The position numbers and the translations under genes were made by a program. A DNA stretch of 62,416 bases, the filler included, from Candidatus Woesearchaeota archaeon (GTDB lineage Archaea; Nanobdellota; Nanobdellia; Woesearchaeales; GCA-2687795): NCBI GenBank assembly GCA_030753365.1. It is 9 parts of 9 records of this genome, joined end to end, with 100 filler letters (N's around TTAATTAATTAA, not from the genome) between each part and the next. Parts side by side here need not be neighbours in the genome. Positions count along the whole stretch, not along the records: positions 15,987 to 30,821 come from JASMCJ010000056.1; positions 30,922 to 34,279 come from JASMCJ010000057.1; positions 34,380 to 41,342 come from JASMCJ010000059.1; 6 more parts are not named here. One strand, given 5' to 3'. The notes beneath the pieces are model-generated. The model ran no database searches, was not told the origin of the DNA, and saw nothing but the letters and a program-made list of their open reading frames with translations. Below are positions 29,271-39,998 of this stretch, piece by piece (within the stretch, counting starts at the first letter, position 1; each line of letters starts with the position of its first letter).

Positions 29271-30821
29271 ATGTTAAGAACTCATACCTGTGGAGAGCTA
29301 AGGAAGAAGGATATTAAGGAGAATATTACTGTTTGCGGCTGGCTGCAGTCTAGCCGTGACCATGGTGGAATTATCTTTATTGACGTTAGAGATAGGTATG
29401 GGTTGACACAGATAGTTTTTGATCCTAAACATAACAAAGAGGCGCATAAGAAGGCTGAAAAGCTTGGAAGAGAGTATGTTTTACAGGTGAAGGGTAAGGT
29501 TAGAGCAAGAGGTAAAGGGCTTGAAAATCCTAAGTTAAATACTGGAGATATTGAGGTTCTAGTTGATGAGCTTAATGTTCTTAATAAAGCAGAGGTTCCT
29601 CCTATAGAAGTTGATGATAATAAGGAAGCAAGTGAAGATTTGAGGTTGAAGTATAGGTTTCTTGACCTTAGAAGGCCTATGATGCAGAAGAGGTTGGATA
29701 TAAGGCATAAGGCTGCTGAAGCTACCAGGAAATATTTAAATTCTCAGAGTTTTATGGAGATTGAGACACCGCTTCTTATAAGGGCAACGCCTGAAGGGGC
29801 AAGGGATTATATTGTACCTTCAAGAACAATGCCAGGCAGGTTTTTTTCATTGCCGCAATCTCCTCAACTTTATAAGCAGATTTTGATGGTTTCTGGATGT
29901 GACAGGTATTACCAACTTGCGCGTTGTTTAAGAGATGAGGATTTGAGAGCGGACAGGCAGCCTGAGTTTACACAGATAGATTTAGAGATGAGCTTTGCTG
30001 ATGAGGATGATATTATGGTTATGTCTGAGGGGCTTGTCAAAGAAATTTTTAAGAAAGGTGTTGGGAAGAATATTAAAGTTCCTTTCCAAAGAATGACGTA
30101 TAAGGAAGTTATGGAGAGGTATGGCTCTGATAAGCCTGACCTTCGGTATGGGTTGGAGCTTACTGATGTTACTTCTCTTGTTCATAAGTCTGACTTTGGA
30201 GTTTTCAAAAATGCTGAACAAGTGAAGTGCATTAACCCTGAGAAGGATTTTTCAAGGAAAGAGCTTGATGAATATATTGATTTCTGTATTAAGAATGGGG
30301 CTAAGGGTATGGCCTGGATGAAGATTACAGATAAAGGCATGGAGTCGAGTGTTACTAAATTCTTTAAGCCTGAGATGCTTAAGAAGATACAGAAGGTTGC
30401 AAATGCTAAAAAAGGTGTTTTGATGTTTATAGCTGACACGCCTAAGCTTGTTGCTGAGGTTTTGGACAGGCTTAGAAGGAAGCTTGCTGATGATCTTGAG
30501 CTTTATGATAAGAAAGAGTTGAGGTTTTGCTGGGTGACAGATTTTCCATTGTTTGAGCATGATGAGGAGTCAGATTCATGGGTGCCAATGCATCATATTT
30601 TTTCAATGCCGCATGATAAGTTTGTAGGCAAAATGGAGAATGATCCTTCTGTTATAACTGGTAAACTGTATGACTGCGTGCTTAACGGTGTTGAGCTTGG
30701 CGGTGGTTCTGTGAGGATTCATAAGAAAGATGTGCAAGAAGAAGCTTTAAAGGTTATAGGTATGAGTTATGAGGAAGCAAAGGAGAGGTTTGGCTTTCTT
30801 TTAGATTCTTTTAGGTATGGA
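29271..30821 (+). CDS. aspS: Aspartate--tRNA ligase, bacterial-type, probably non-discriminating (3' truncated)
   Basis: MLRTHTCGEL, RDHGG (His typical of ND enzymes), TPEGARDY, LPQSPQ, RADRQPEFTQ, GAD insertion. Confidence 0.93.
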
Positions 30822-30921
30822 NNNNNNNNNNNNNNNNNNNNNNNNNNNNNNNNNNNNNNNNNNNNTTAATTAATTAANNNNNNNNNNNNNNNNNNNNNNN
30901 NNNNNNNNNNNNNNNNNNNNN
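30822..30921. other. Artificial contig linker
   Basis: N/TTAATTAATTAA/N. Confidence 0.99.
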
Positions 30922-30922
30922 C

Positions 30923-31195
30923 AGCAAAGAAGGCTTTCTTGTTCTAGCTGAGAAATACATCTTATTCAACACATGGGAAGCTAAAGCAGATAACCAAGAA
31001 AAAGAACTGCTAAGAGCAAACGGAGTAAACACTGCAATCTATGTATCCAACAACAAAGAAGCTATCTTCAGATACAGCTCAGAAACATTTAACAAAGGTT
31101 TGATAATAAGCTTGGTAACACTGTTTATAATACTTCTCTATTTTAGCTACAGCTTCTACAAAAGAAAGATTCGAAATATTCAAAAGAAAACCTAA
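30923..31195 (+). CDS. C-terminal fragment of a YfhO-like membrane glycosylation protein
   Basis: Manual translation: GFLVLAEKY..WEA..LLRANG..FRY...KGLIISLVTLFIILLY then a basic tail. Confidence 0.55.
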   Translation, partial: SKEGFLVLAEKYILFNTWEAKADNQEKELLRANGVNTAIYVSNNKEAIFRYSSETFNKGLIISLVTLFIILLYFSYSFYKRKIRNIQKKT

Positions 31196-32616
31196 GAAAA
31201 AAACACAGCAGTAGAAGCCTTCAGATAAGAAAAGAACTGCTTAGGACTCTTCAACTTCCTAAGCATCTTAAATATATATTTTGGCCTCAAATAATATTCC
31301 CTATAAGCTTTATCTAAAATCTCAGCAAGCTCTTCCTGTGTTATCCCAGGAACCTTCATAATAGTCTTATGGAACATAGTAAAATCTGACCAATCCATTT
31401 CCCTAACAAAACCTTTCTCAGCAAAAAGCTCATACATCTCAGAACCAGGGAAAGGTGTCAAAATTGATATATACATACTCTCAGGATTAAGCTCCTTCGC
31501 AAAATCCACAGTCTTCCTTATAGACTTCCTAATATCCCTCTCAGGCAAAGGAGAGCCAACCATAAAAAAAGCCCTAATCTGTATCCCCTCTTCCTCAGTC
31601 CATCTAAACGCTTTCCTAATCTGCTCCAAACTAGTGCCTCTCCTATAAAACTCCAAAACCTCTGGATCTCCTGACTCAACCCCATAAGAAATAATTTCGC
31701 ATCCTGCCTTCTTCATCTTCTTCAGCATCTCAACATCAACGCAATTAACTCTTCCCAAACAGCTCCAGGTCAAATCAAGCTTATTATCAATAATATAATC
31801 ACAAATCTTCATCAGTCTCTTCCTATCCAAAGTAAAAATATCATCAAAAAACATTATATTCCTAACTCCAAACTTATTATAAAGAGTACTAATCTCCTCA
31901 ATAACCCTCTCAGCAGAATGCAGCCTAGCCTTCTTCCCGCACATTATTTTTGTCTCGCAATAAATGCAGTCAAACGGGCAGCCTCTGCTCGTAAAAATAC
32001 TGATAAAAGGAAGCTTCTGTGAAGGCTGCCCTGCATATGGCCTATACTTCTCAATAGGAAGCAAATCCCATGCAGGCATAGGGAATGAATCAAGATTATC
32101 AGTATAAGCCCTTCTTTCATTAATAACTATTTTTTCATCTTCCTTGTAAGCAAGATTCTTTATCTCTTTAACCTTATCCTTATCATCAATATTCTGCATA
32201 AGCTCAAAAAACGCTTCCTCTCCTTCACCCATTATAACATAATCAATCTCTGAATACTTCAAAACCTCTTTAGGCACAGTAGTAGGATGAACCCCTCCCA
32301 TCACAACTATTGCGTTACATTCCTTAGCAGCCTTTGCAATATCATAAGCAATCTTAAAAGTAGAAGTTGTAACAGTCAATCCAACAACATCAGGCTTCTT
32401 CTCCTCAATAATTCTCTTAATATCTTCAACACTATATCCTAAAGGGTCAGCATCAACCAGGTCAAGCTCAATCCCTTTCTCTCTCAAATACCCTGCTAAA
32501 GAAATCAACCCATGAGGAGGAAAAACTCCATGCGCAACCACTCTCTTTCCGTAAATCTCCTTCAGCCTCCATGGCGGGTTAATCAACAATAACTTCTTAC
32601 TCTCGGCTTCACTCAT
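31192..32616 (-). CDS. B12-binding domain radical SAM protein
   Basis: LINPP/PHGL, GGVHPT, GEGE, SRGCPFDCIYC, GVESG. Confidence 0.9.
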   Translation of the reverse strand: MSEAESKKLLLINPPWRLKEIYGKRVVAHGVFPPHGLISLAGYLREKGIELDLVDADPLGYSVEDIKRIIEEKKPDVVGLTVTTSTFKIAYDIAKAAKECNAIVVMGGVHPTTVPKEVLKYSEIDYVIMGEGEEAFFELMQNIDDKDKVKEIKNLAYKEDEKIVINERRAYTDNLDSFPMPAWDLLPIEKYRPYAGQPSQKLPFISIFTSRGCPFDCIYCETKIMCGKKARLHSAERVIEEISTLYNKFGVRNIMFFDDIFTLDRKRLMKICDYIIDNKLDLTWSCLGRVNCVDVEMLKKMKKAGCEIISYGVESGDPEVLEFYRRGTSLEQIRKAFRWTEEEGIQIRAFFMVGSPLPERDIRKSIRKTVDFAKELNPESMYISILTPFPGSEMYELFAEKGFVREMDWSDFTMFHKTIMKVPGITQEELAEILDKAYREYYLRPKYIFKMLRKLKSPKQFFSYLKASTAVFFS

Positions 32617-34046
32617 GACTTCACCTCAGCCTTCAGCATAGTCTTAACCCCAATAAAAATTCTCTTAACATCATTCATGCTCCTAATTGAAGCCAGTATC
32701 TTAAAAATAGTATAAGGCGAAAAATAAAAGCTCTTGTAAGCCTTCATATGCATCTTCAAAAGCTGAGAAGCTGTCATACCCTTTGGAACATAAACAGGCT
32801 TCTCAAGAAAATTATACTCCGGCAAAACAATCTTATCCCAAAAGTGATCATCAAACTCTCCCTCTTTAAGTGCCTTCTCATACTCCTCTGTCCCAGGATG
32901 AGGAACAAGCAATGTAAATGATGCATAATCAGGCTTAATCATCTTTGCAAACCTAATCGTCTGTTTCATATCATCCATTGTCTCCCCCACAAGGCCAAGC
33001 ATAAAATAAGCCCTTGTTTCAATCCCTACTCTTCTAGTATCATTAATAGCATCCACAACCTGCTGCTTTGTAAATCCTTTATTTATGGACTTTATTACTC
33101 TCTCACTCCCAGATTCTATCCCATAAGAAATAGATTCGCACCCAGCCTGCTTCATCTTCTTCATAAGCTCATAATCAACACAATTAACTCTTGTAGCGCA
33201 ATCCCATGGTATATCCAACCCTCTCTCAATAATCATATCGCAAATATCCACAACCCTCTGCCTATCCAGAGTAAAAGTTTCATCCCATATAGCAATCTGT
33301 TTTGCCCCAAACTCTTTCATCAGCCACTCAATCTCATCAACAACCCTCTTCGCGCTATGCGCTCTAAACCTTTTTCCAAAAATCTTCTTATTGCAAAATG
33401 TACACCCAAACGCGCATCCCCTTGAAGTCATAATAGACAATGCCGGCTGCCTTGCGCTCCTTATCTCACTATTCTTATACTTCTCCATAGGAAACAAATG
33501 CAAAGCCGGATAAGGCAGCTCATCAATATTCTGAAGTAAAGGTCTGCTTCCATTAAAAACCACAACACCTTTTTCATCCCTATAAACCAAGCCAAGTATA
33601 TCCTTAATCTTATGTTTATCCATAAGGTTGTCAACCAACTCTAAAAAAGTATACTCTCCCTCACCAACCACAACATAATCAACATTACTATCCTTAATCA
33701 CCTCAAAAGGAATAGCCGTAGGATGAGGGCCACCCATTATAACCGGAACATCAGAATTCTTTTTAACCTCAGCAGCTGTTTGATGTGATCTTAAAGCAAA
33801 CGCAGTCAAAGAAATAATCCCAATCGCATCAAACCCTATTGTCCTTTTCCCAATCTCTTCCAAACTTATATCCTCTGCTATGCCATCAATAACCTCCACA
33901 CTATGCTCTGCTTTCTCCAGAACCGCAGCCACATAAGCCAAACCCAAAGGAGGCAATATACTTGCAGACTCTTCAGAACCTCTTGCATACAACTCATTCT
34001 TTGACAGAGGCGGGTTAATCAAAAGTACTTTTACCATTTTATCCAA
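32613..34046 (-). CDS. B12-binding domain radical SAM protein
   Basis: LINPP/PLGL, GGPHPT, GEGE, SRGCAFGCTFC, GIESG; ATGA overlap with the paralogue. Confidence 0.9.
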   Translation of the reverse strand: MDKMVKVLLINPPLSKNELYARGSEESASILPPLGLAYVAAVLEKAEHSVEVIDGIAEDISLEEIGKRTIGFDAIGIISLTAFALRSHQTAAEVKKNSDVPVIMGGPHPTAIPFEVIKDSNVDYVVVGEGEYTFLELVDNLMDKHKIKDILGLVYRDEKGVVVFNGSRPLLQNIDELPYPALHLFPMEKYKNSEIRSARQPALSIMTSRGCAFGCTFCNKKIFGKRFRAHSAKRVVDEIEWLMKEFGAKQIAIWDETFTLDRQRVVDICDMIIERGLDIPWDCATRVNCVDYELMKKMKQAGCESISYGIESGSERVIKSINKGFTKQQVVDAINDTRRVGIETRAYFMLGLVGETMDDMKQTIRFAKMIKPDYASFTLLVPHPGTEEYEKALKEGEFDDHFWDKIVLPEYNFLEKPVYVPKGMTASQLLKMHMKAYKSFYFSPYTIFKILASIRSMNDVKRIFIGVKTMLKAEVKS

Positions 34047-34279
34047 ACCATTTTTCCCCTGTAGCTACCTCTTTATAATTCCCATTTCCTTCAAGAATTT
34101 TCTTCGCAACTTTCAGCCCCATATCAACTGAATGGTCCATATTATTATACCTAAATAAAGCATTTCTCCCAAAATATTCTAAACTATCTATACTATCAAG
34201 ATACTCCTTTATTTTATCCAAATGCTCTTTATAATCCAATGCATAGATAGGATAAGAATGCTCCATCCTATATATAAAC
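34039..34279 (-). CDS. C-terminal fragment of an FAD oxidoreductase (UDP-galactopyranose mutase / HemY-like)
   Basis: YPIY and GRNALFRYNNMDHS motifs. Confidence 0.7.
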
Positions 34280-34379
34280 NNNNNNNNNNNNNNNNNNNNN
34301 NNNNNNNNNNNNNNNNNNNNNNNTTAATTAATTAANNNNNNNNNNNNNNNNNNNNNNNNNNNNNNNNNNNNNNNNNNNN
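34280..34379. other. Artificial contig linker
   Basis: N/TTAATTAATTAA/N. Confidence 0.99.
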
Positions 34380-34524
34380 TTTCTATTTCTTTTGCTTTCT
34401 CTGCTTTTTCTTTTATTTTTACTTCTAATTTATCCTTGGATTTATAACCGCAGGAGCAATGCATTACTTTCTTGTTTCCCTCGCTTTTAGGCTTCAGTAA
34501 AGAGCCGCATTTTGGACAAAACAT
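34380..34524 (-). CDS. tfs: Transcription factor S / RpoM-like protein, N-terminal part
   Basis: MFCPKCGSLL...CSCGY zinc ribbon; GGTGA RBS. Confidence 0.75.
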
Positions 34525-34565
34525 TTATTTTCACCTTCTTAAAAGTTATTTACACTTATTTAATA

Positions 34566-34716
34566 TGTCAGAAATATACCGCTAGTTTTTAAAACTAGTG
34601 GAAAAGTCCACCATATTGTTTTGGAATGTGATATATTTCTGAGCATGCTCAAAAACCACTCTGAAGTGAAATGGTTTCAAACATGCTACTCTGCTTTAGC
34701 AGGGTGGTTTTTGACA
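34566..34716. repeat. TGTCA...TGACA modular hairpin element, copy 2 (151 bp, cleanest form)
   Basis: TG-TCAGAAATATA..TATATTTCTGA-GCATGC-TCAAAAACCAC..GTGGTTTTTGA-CA; central 12-bp palindrome TGAGCATGCTCA. Confidence 0.85.
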
Positions 34717-34728
34717 ATCTATCCTTAT

Positions 34729-35328
34729 TTATAATACTATATTAAACAATTTTAATAAATCAACAAACCATATCTTAATATAACCTAACAATGGAATCCT
34801 TATCACTGCATACCCTATTACATTATCTTCATGTATTCTTGATTCAAGATTTGGCATAGATTCTTTGTTATTATCTCCTTTTGTCTGGAAATAATATATT
34901 CCTCCTTCTTCCCATTTCTTGATAACTCTATGTATGATAGGGTCTCTTCTGTTGCCGTTGAAAACAATAACATCTCCTAATTGAATATTCTCTGCGCTTT
35001 TACCTTTTAATATCATTATATCCCCTATATTAAAGCCATTCTTGAACCTATAATTGTCAAAGGCCTGTTTTGTAATACCAAAATCTAAGTAATATCCTTC
35101 TTGCTGCGGCCACCATTCATCAAACCTGTTACCATGCTCCATTGAACCTGATACAACTGCAACAATTGGGTGCGATGTGGCAAGAATTAGGCCAAGCACT
35201 GGGTAAACAATATACTTAATCAGAATAAACGCCAATATAACATTTACAATCCAGCTCCACACACTGTCTTCTTCCCAAATAAAGCGCCAGATTTTTCTGA
35301 ATTGCCTTTTAATTTCATGATTATTCAT
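34729..35328 (-). CDS. sec11: Signal peptidase I (archaeal Sec11-type)
   Basis: VVSGSM (catalytic Ser), IIHRV, TKGDNN. Confidence 0.9.
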   Translation of the reverse strand: MNNHEIKRQFRKIWRFIWEEDSVWSWIVNVILAFILIKYIVYPVLGLILATSHPIVAVVSGSMEHGNRFDEWWPQQEGYYLDFGITKQAFDNYRFKNGFNIGDIMILKGKSAENIQLGDVIVFNGNRRDPIIHRVIKKWEEGGIYYFQTKGDNNKESMPNLESRIHEDNVIGYAVIRIPLLGYIKIWFVDLLKLFNIVL

Positions 35329-35490
35329 TATACTGTTTTTCTTTTTAGTCAGTAAATAAAAACCTTTTGTTTTTAGGGCTTAAAAGAGTAAAATATATAA
35401 AGGATTCTCATTTTTCTATTAAATATAAGATTATAACAGTAACACTATGTACTGCTTATAATACTAAAATATATGTGGAGGAAACACAAA

Positions 35491-35724
35491 ATGTCAGAAG
35501 ACGAAGAAGAAAAACAAGAAGACGAAGAAGAAAAAACTCCTGAAGGAGAAGAAACTACTGAATCAGAAACTACTGAATCAGGAGATGCTGAACCAGAAAA
35601 AGAAGCTGAACCTGAAGGAGATGCAGATGCTGACGCAGATGCTGAACCAGAAAAAGAAGCTGAACTTGAAGGAGATGCAGATGCTGACGCAGATGAAAAA
35701 CCTGAAGGAGAAAGTACAGAATAG
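35491..35724 (+). CDS. Small, extremely acidic low-complexity protein
   Basis: GGAGG RBS before ATG 35491; E/D/A/P/T-rich; T-rich tract downstream. Confidence 0.7.
   Translation: MSEDEEEKQEDEEEKTPEGEETTESETTESGDAEPEKEAEPEGDADADADAEPEKEAELEGDADADADEKPEGESTE
35584..35695 (+). repeat. In-frame 54-bp tandem duplication (DAEPEKEAE[P/L]EGDADADA)
   Basis: Two units differing at one base. Confidence 0.9.
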
Positions 35725-35839
35725 AGAGAGACTTTCTCTCTTATTTCTATTTTTTTCTTAGAATTTGTTTAATTTTGAATCATTAAGAAACTCTAACTCT
35801 TCAAAAAGCTTATAAACAAGGCTTACCATTTCTATTATT

Positions 35840-36277
35840 ATGCCTCAAAACAAGAACCCTCAATACTTCGAAGGAACTCTCCAGTTAAGGAATCATAATG
35901 ATGAAGTTATTAGTTTCATTGCTAATCAAATGAAGAAGAGGGATGATGCTTTCATCGCAAAGCAGGTTAAGGCAAAGAATGGTGTTGACCTTTATTTCTC
36001 CTCAAACAAATTCCTTAAGGCTTTAGGAAAGAAGCTTCAGAACCATTTTGGCGGAGAGCTTAAGACAAGCGCAACCCTTCATACTAGAAGCAGGCAGAGT
36101 TCCAAGAACCTCTACAGGCTTACCGTTTTCTTCAAACTGTCAGAGTTTAAAGTTGGCGACATTATTAAATTCAAAGGAGACAAACTCAAAATTCTAAAGG
36201 CTGGAAAGAAAGTTCTGTGCAAGAATATTGATACTGGAAAGAAGCTAACCTTAAATTATAAAGACCTAAAGAATTAA
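35840..36277 (+). CDS. Short NMD3-related protein
   Basis: YFEGTLQLR, GVDLYFSS, LYRLTV resemble the middle/C-terminal part of archaeal Nmd3; lacks the N-terminal zinc knuckles. Confidence 0.7.
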   Translation: MPQNKNPQYFEGTLQLRNHNDEVISFIANQMKKRDDAFIAKQVKAKNGVDLYFSSNKFLKALGKKLQNHFGGELKTSATLHTRSRQSSKNLYRLTVFFKLSEFKVGDIIKFKGDKLKILKAGKKVLCKNIDTGKKLTLNYKDLKN

Positions 36278-37050
36278 TCTCTTACAAATTCGCCTGTGCC
36301 TTTCTTTTCTTCTATATACTTTAAGGCTTTTTCTTTCGCACTGTCTAACAACTTCTCTGCTGTTTTATATTCTTTTGCAATCACTCTTATTTTATATTTG
36401 CCAGCTCCAACATAACTTATTGAACCTTTATCTTTAACAGCCTCTTCAATCTTTTTTAGTGTTTCTTTCACAATTTCCACACCATCTACTTCATAGCTTT
36501 GCAAGCTTAACATTCCGCTTATCTCAACTTCTGGCGGCTTTATCCTTTGCTTCACAAGCTTGAGCAGTTTGCCTGCCATAGTCTTTTCTATATCAAACTC
36601 ACTAAACGATGTTTTCTTTTCAATAACATCCTGAAAGAAAGCATTTAACGATGAATATTTCTTTGAAATAGCCTTCATTATTTCAGAATACAGCTTTACA
36701 CCATCTTTCTTAATCTCTTTTGAAAAATTTTCTACTATCTTTTCAGCCTTTTGTTCAAGCTTTATATCGCTCAGCTTGTTTCTTTTCTGGCTTTCATTAA
36801 CTCTTCTTAATGATAAGTCTATATGACCCTTCTCAGAATCCACTCTTAATACTTTACATACAACTTTTTTCCCTTCTACAACATAGTCTCTTATGTTTCT
36901 TATTCTTCCAGGGCTGACTTCTGATATATGGATAAGGCCTTTCTTATCATATTCATCAAGTTTTACAAATACAGAATGATGGTATACACTTAGCACTGTG
37001 CATAATACTAACTCTTCTTCTTCCGGAAATCCTTCCTTCTTTAGCAGCAT
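36274..37050 (-). CDS. eif2a: Translation initiation factor 2 alpha subunit
   Basis: S1 domain: GFPEEEELV, HISEVS, KGHIDLSLRRV. Confidence 0.95.
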   Translation of the reverse strand: MLLKKEGFPEEEELVLCTVLSVYHHSVFVKLDEYDKKGLIHISEVSPGRIRNIRDYVVEGKKVVCKVLRVDSEKGHIDLSLRRVNESQKRNKLSDIKLEQKAEKIVENFSKEIKKDGVKLYSEIMKAISKKYSSLNAFFQDVIEKKTSFSEFDIEKTMAGKLLKLVKQRIKPPEVEISGMLSLQSYEVDGVEIVKETLKKIEEAVKDKGSISYVGAGKYKIRVIAKEYKTAEKLLDSAKEKALKYIEEKKGTGEFVRD

Positions 37051-37055
37051 TTTTA

Positions 37056-37244
37056 TTATTCCAACACTTCAAGTATCCTTGCTTTTACCCTTGTCTTTCC
37101 ACCTGTGGCTTCAGCTAGATCTTTCCCACATACAAGACATTTAACTGTTGAAGATGCTTTGCCGAATATGTTTTGCTCATTCTTGCATTTAGGGCATCTT
37201 ACTTTAATGAACTTGCTTGTTGGTTCTTTTATGATATCTGTCAT
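37056..37244 (-). CDS. rps27e: 30S ribosomal protein S27e
   Basis: SKFIKVRCPKCKNEQ...CLVCG...TGGK. Confidence 0.95.
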   Translation of the reverse strand: MTDIIKEPTSKFIKVRCPKCKNEQNIFGKASSTVKCLVCGKDLAEATGGKTRVKARILEVLE

Positions 37245-37335
37245 TGTTATCCTCCTGTAAAGTTATATTATTCATTATCTTATTTATACTCATAAGAATT
37301 TATAGGGGTTTATATAGTTATTGTTAATATTATCA

Positions 37336-39201
37336 TCAACCAACAATCTTCTTCAATATGCTTTCTTTCCCTTTCCATATAAGCACATTCTTTAACACTT
37401 CTGATATATCTTCTACTGATATTATGTTTACTAACTTCAACCTCTGAGGGTTTATTATTATATCTTTCATATTTGCTTTTGGGACTATTACATTCTTCAG
37501 TCCTGCATCAATGGCTGCTTCAACTTTTGAAGATACACCCCCTATAGGAAGCACTTCTCCTCTTACTGATAATGAACCTGTCATTGCAGTGTCCTGCCTG
37601 ACAGGTATCTCTTTCAATGCAGATATCACTGATGTTGCCACTGCTATTGAAGCAGAATCTCCTTCTACTCCTTCATATGTCTGCAGGAACTGTACATATA
37701 TGTCATGCTTTTCCTTTATGTCTTCTCCAAAGTATCTTTTGATGATTGCTGACACATTCTTTATTGCTTCTTTTGCTATCTCTCCCAGCTTGCCTGTTGC
37801 AATTATCTCAGATTCCTTACCTCCCGGTGTTACTTGTGATTCAATTGGTAGAATTATGCCAGAATAAACGTTTGTTGCTTCTGAACCCATTACTGCTAAT
37901 CCATTGACTCTGCCTATTTTGTTGCCTTCAGTGATTATAATCTCATATTCCTTTTTCTTTTCTATGTATTTGTCAGCTATCTGCTGTTCAAGTGTCCTTG
38001 CTATGGTTTTTGCTTCCCTTATATGCTCTTTTGTTACAAGCTCAGCTCCTTTCTCTTTTGCAAGGTCACCGCTTGCTCTTATGATACCACCTAATTCTCT
38101 TAATCTTAAGCTTAAATGGCCTTTCCTATTAGCTCTTTTCTTTGCTTCTTCAATGATTTCTTCGACAGCTTCCCTGTTGAAATGAGGTATCTTTTTATCC
38201 TTGGTAACCTCCTGCGCAACAAACCTAGCTATCTTGTTCCTGTTCTCAGGAGTATCTTTCATGGTTTCCTGCATATAAATTTCATATCCATAGCCTCTTA
38301 TTCTTGACCTTAATGCAGGATGCATATGCTTTATTGTTTCCGTGTTGCCTGCTGCTATTAAGATGAACGCGCATGGCACATCTTCTGTCCTTACCATTGC
38401 CCCAGCAGACCTTTCTGACTGACCTGTTATTGGATACTTTCCTTCCTGTAATGCTGTCAACAAATCCTGTTGCGTTGTTGGTTGTAATGTTGCAATCTCA
38501 TCTATGAACAGAACACCCATATGACTTCTGTGTATTAATCCTGCTACTATCCTTTCATTTGCCGGTGTTCCAAGGCCTCCTGTTTGGAAAGGATCATGAA
38601 GTACATCTCCCAAAAGAGCTCCCGCATGCGCTCCTGTAGCGTCAAAGAACGGCGCCTGCTTTTTCTTATAATTATCAACTATAAGTTTTGGCACATTGCC
38701 TTTTGTCTGCGCCATCCTTTTCCCAAGATTCATGAACATTACAAACGATGCTAAGAATATCATTCCTCCTAAGAAGAATGCTGCGAACATTATGTCTGAG
38801 TTATAATATGACCTTGCCCACCATGGCACAATCATTGCTAATATCATAAGTATGAACATTATTATGTTTTGATTTTTGAACATGCCTGAAGCGCTTAGCC
38901 TTGCCTTCATTACAACGTCTCTTCCCTTGCTTGCAGGAACTGCTCTTATCAATGGCTGGTTTTCATCGTTAGGATTTGCAAACGCAAGAACATCAACAAG
39001 CTTTTCTTTCGGCAATAATTCAGCTAATCCAAGTCCAAGCATTGACTTTCCAGTGCCAGGCTCGCCTATTAATAGAACATGCCTTCTCTGCTCAGCAGCC
39101 TTTTTTATGATATTAACTGCCTCTTCCTGGCCTATTACCTGGTCTATTATTGTTTTAGATACTTTGATATCTTTTGTTGATTCAAACTTAAACTCTGTCA
39201 T
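37336..39201 (-). CDS. lonB: Archaeal membrane-bound ATP-dependent protease LonB
   Basis: [14 protein letters not shown], two TM helices, FIDEI, VEGDSAS (catalytic Ser), IGGVSSK. Confidence 0.95.
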   Translation of the reverse strand: MTEFKFESTKDIKVSKTIIDQVIGQEEAVNIIKKAAEQRRHVLLIGEPGTGKSMLGLGLAELLPKEKLVDVLAFANPNDENQPLIRAVPASKGRDVVMKARLSASGMFKNQNIIMFILMILAMIVPWWARSYYNSDIMFAAFFLGGMIFLASFVMFMNLGKRMAQTKGNVPKLIVDNYKKKQAPFFDATGAHAGALLGDVLHDPFQTGGLGTPANERIVAGLIHRSHMGVLFIDEIATLQPTTQQDLLTALQEGKYPITGQSERSAGAMVRTEDVPCAFILIAAGNTETIKHMHPALRSRIRGYGYEIYMQETMKDTPENRNKIARFVAQEVTKDKKIPHFNREAVEEIIEEAKKRANRKGHLSLRLRELGGIIRASGDLAKEKGAELVTKEHIREAKTIARTLEQQIADKYIEKKKEYEIIITEGNKIGRVNGLAVMGSEATNVYSGIILPIESQVTPGGKESEIIATGKLGEIAKEAIKNVSAIIKRYFGEDIKEKHDIYVQFLQTYEGVEGDSASIAVATSVISALKEIPVRQDTAMTGSLSVRGEVLPIGGVSSKVEAAIDAGLKNVIVPKANMKDIIINPQRLKLVNIISVEDISEVLKNVLIWKGKESILKKIVG

Positions 39202-39294
39202 AAGCCTCTCAAATCGAATTTCGTTTAAAAATGTTTTGTTAGATTGTCCAAATTACGAAATCTTTTTAAAACAAGAGATTTTCTAAGAGTATAT

Positions 39295-39402
39295 GGGCTC
39301 ATGGTCTAGTGGCTAATGGTTAAATCCATAAATGACAGCACCCTTACAAGCTTTTAAAGTTCAGAAAGGTGTTAATCCCCGGTTCGAGTCCGGGTGGGCC
39401 CA
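39295..39402 (+). tRNA. tRNA-Val(UAC) with two BHB introns (D-loop 20a/21: 39315-39331; 37/38: 39349-39366)
   Basis: Spliced product is 73 nt: GGGCTCA/TGGGCCC acceptor, GCACC/GGTGT stem, CT-TAC-AA loop, CCCGG-TTCGAGT-CCGGG, A73. Confidence 0.9.
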
Positions 39403-39580
39403 TCATAATCTTTAAATATAAGAAGTGTATTTTCATAGTAAAATGATACAATCTACTGTAAGCAAAGTTGTACTTTCTGTGCTTGTGGTAATCTTACTGC
39501 TGTAAAGCAGCTCATTGTTAAAACTTATTCTGGATGTGTTTTCTGATAAAAATAAAGCATCCAGAGAGGAGGCTAAAAAA

Positions 39581-39922
39581 ATGAAATATATGGAAGGTTG
39601 TTTTGAGAGTTGGTTCAGGAAGAATTATAGCCTGATACCATGTGAGAATAAATATAAGAATTTTCACAAGCTTCATCTACCAGGAGGTGTTATTGACTGC
39701 TTTGTCTCAATAGACTTTCCTGATGGTGTTGAGATGCGGTTTAATGGAGAAAGAATTAGTGAGGTAGTAAATACTGTGGATAATAGTCTTTTAGATGCAT
39801 CTGATGTAAATATAATAGTTCATACAAAAGATGATAGAATGAGATACCTGGCTCAAAGAGAATTGAGAGAAATAATTGCTGAGGAGTTATATAATCCTCA
39901 ACTCCTACTATTCCAATCATAA
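39581..39922 (+). CDS. Hypothetical protein
   Basis: GAGGAGG RBS before ATG 39581; no recognised motif. Confidence 0.5.
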   Translation: MKYMEGCFESWFRKNYSLIPCENKYKNFHKLHLPGGVIDCFVSIDFPDGVEMRFNGERISEVVNTVDNSLLDASDVNIIVHTKDDRMRYLAQRELREIIAEELYNPQLLLFQS

Positions 39923-39998
39923 ACCCTTATCAAGGGTTCATTTTTCTTTTTTATCACAACAACATATTTATATAACCTTTTCTTCTACTTCCAATAAA

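Noticed and set aside
35491..35500. TGTCAGAA at the acidic gene start as another repeat copy
   Set aside because: It is simply ATG-TCA-GAA; there is no complementary arm, central palindrome or TGACA end.
39403..39998. Replication origin (ORB repeats) or tRNA-integrated island next to cdc6
   Set aside because: No repeated ORB-like G-string motifs, no duplicated tRNA 3' end and no integrase were visible.
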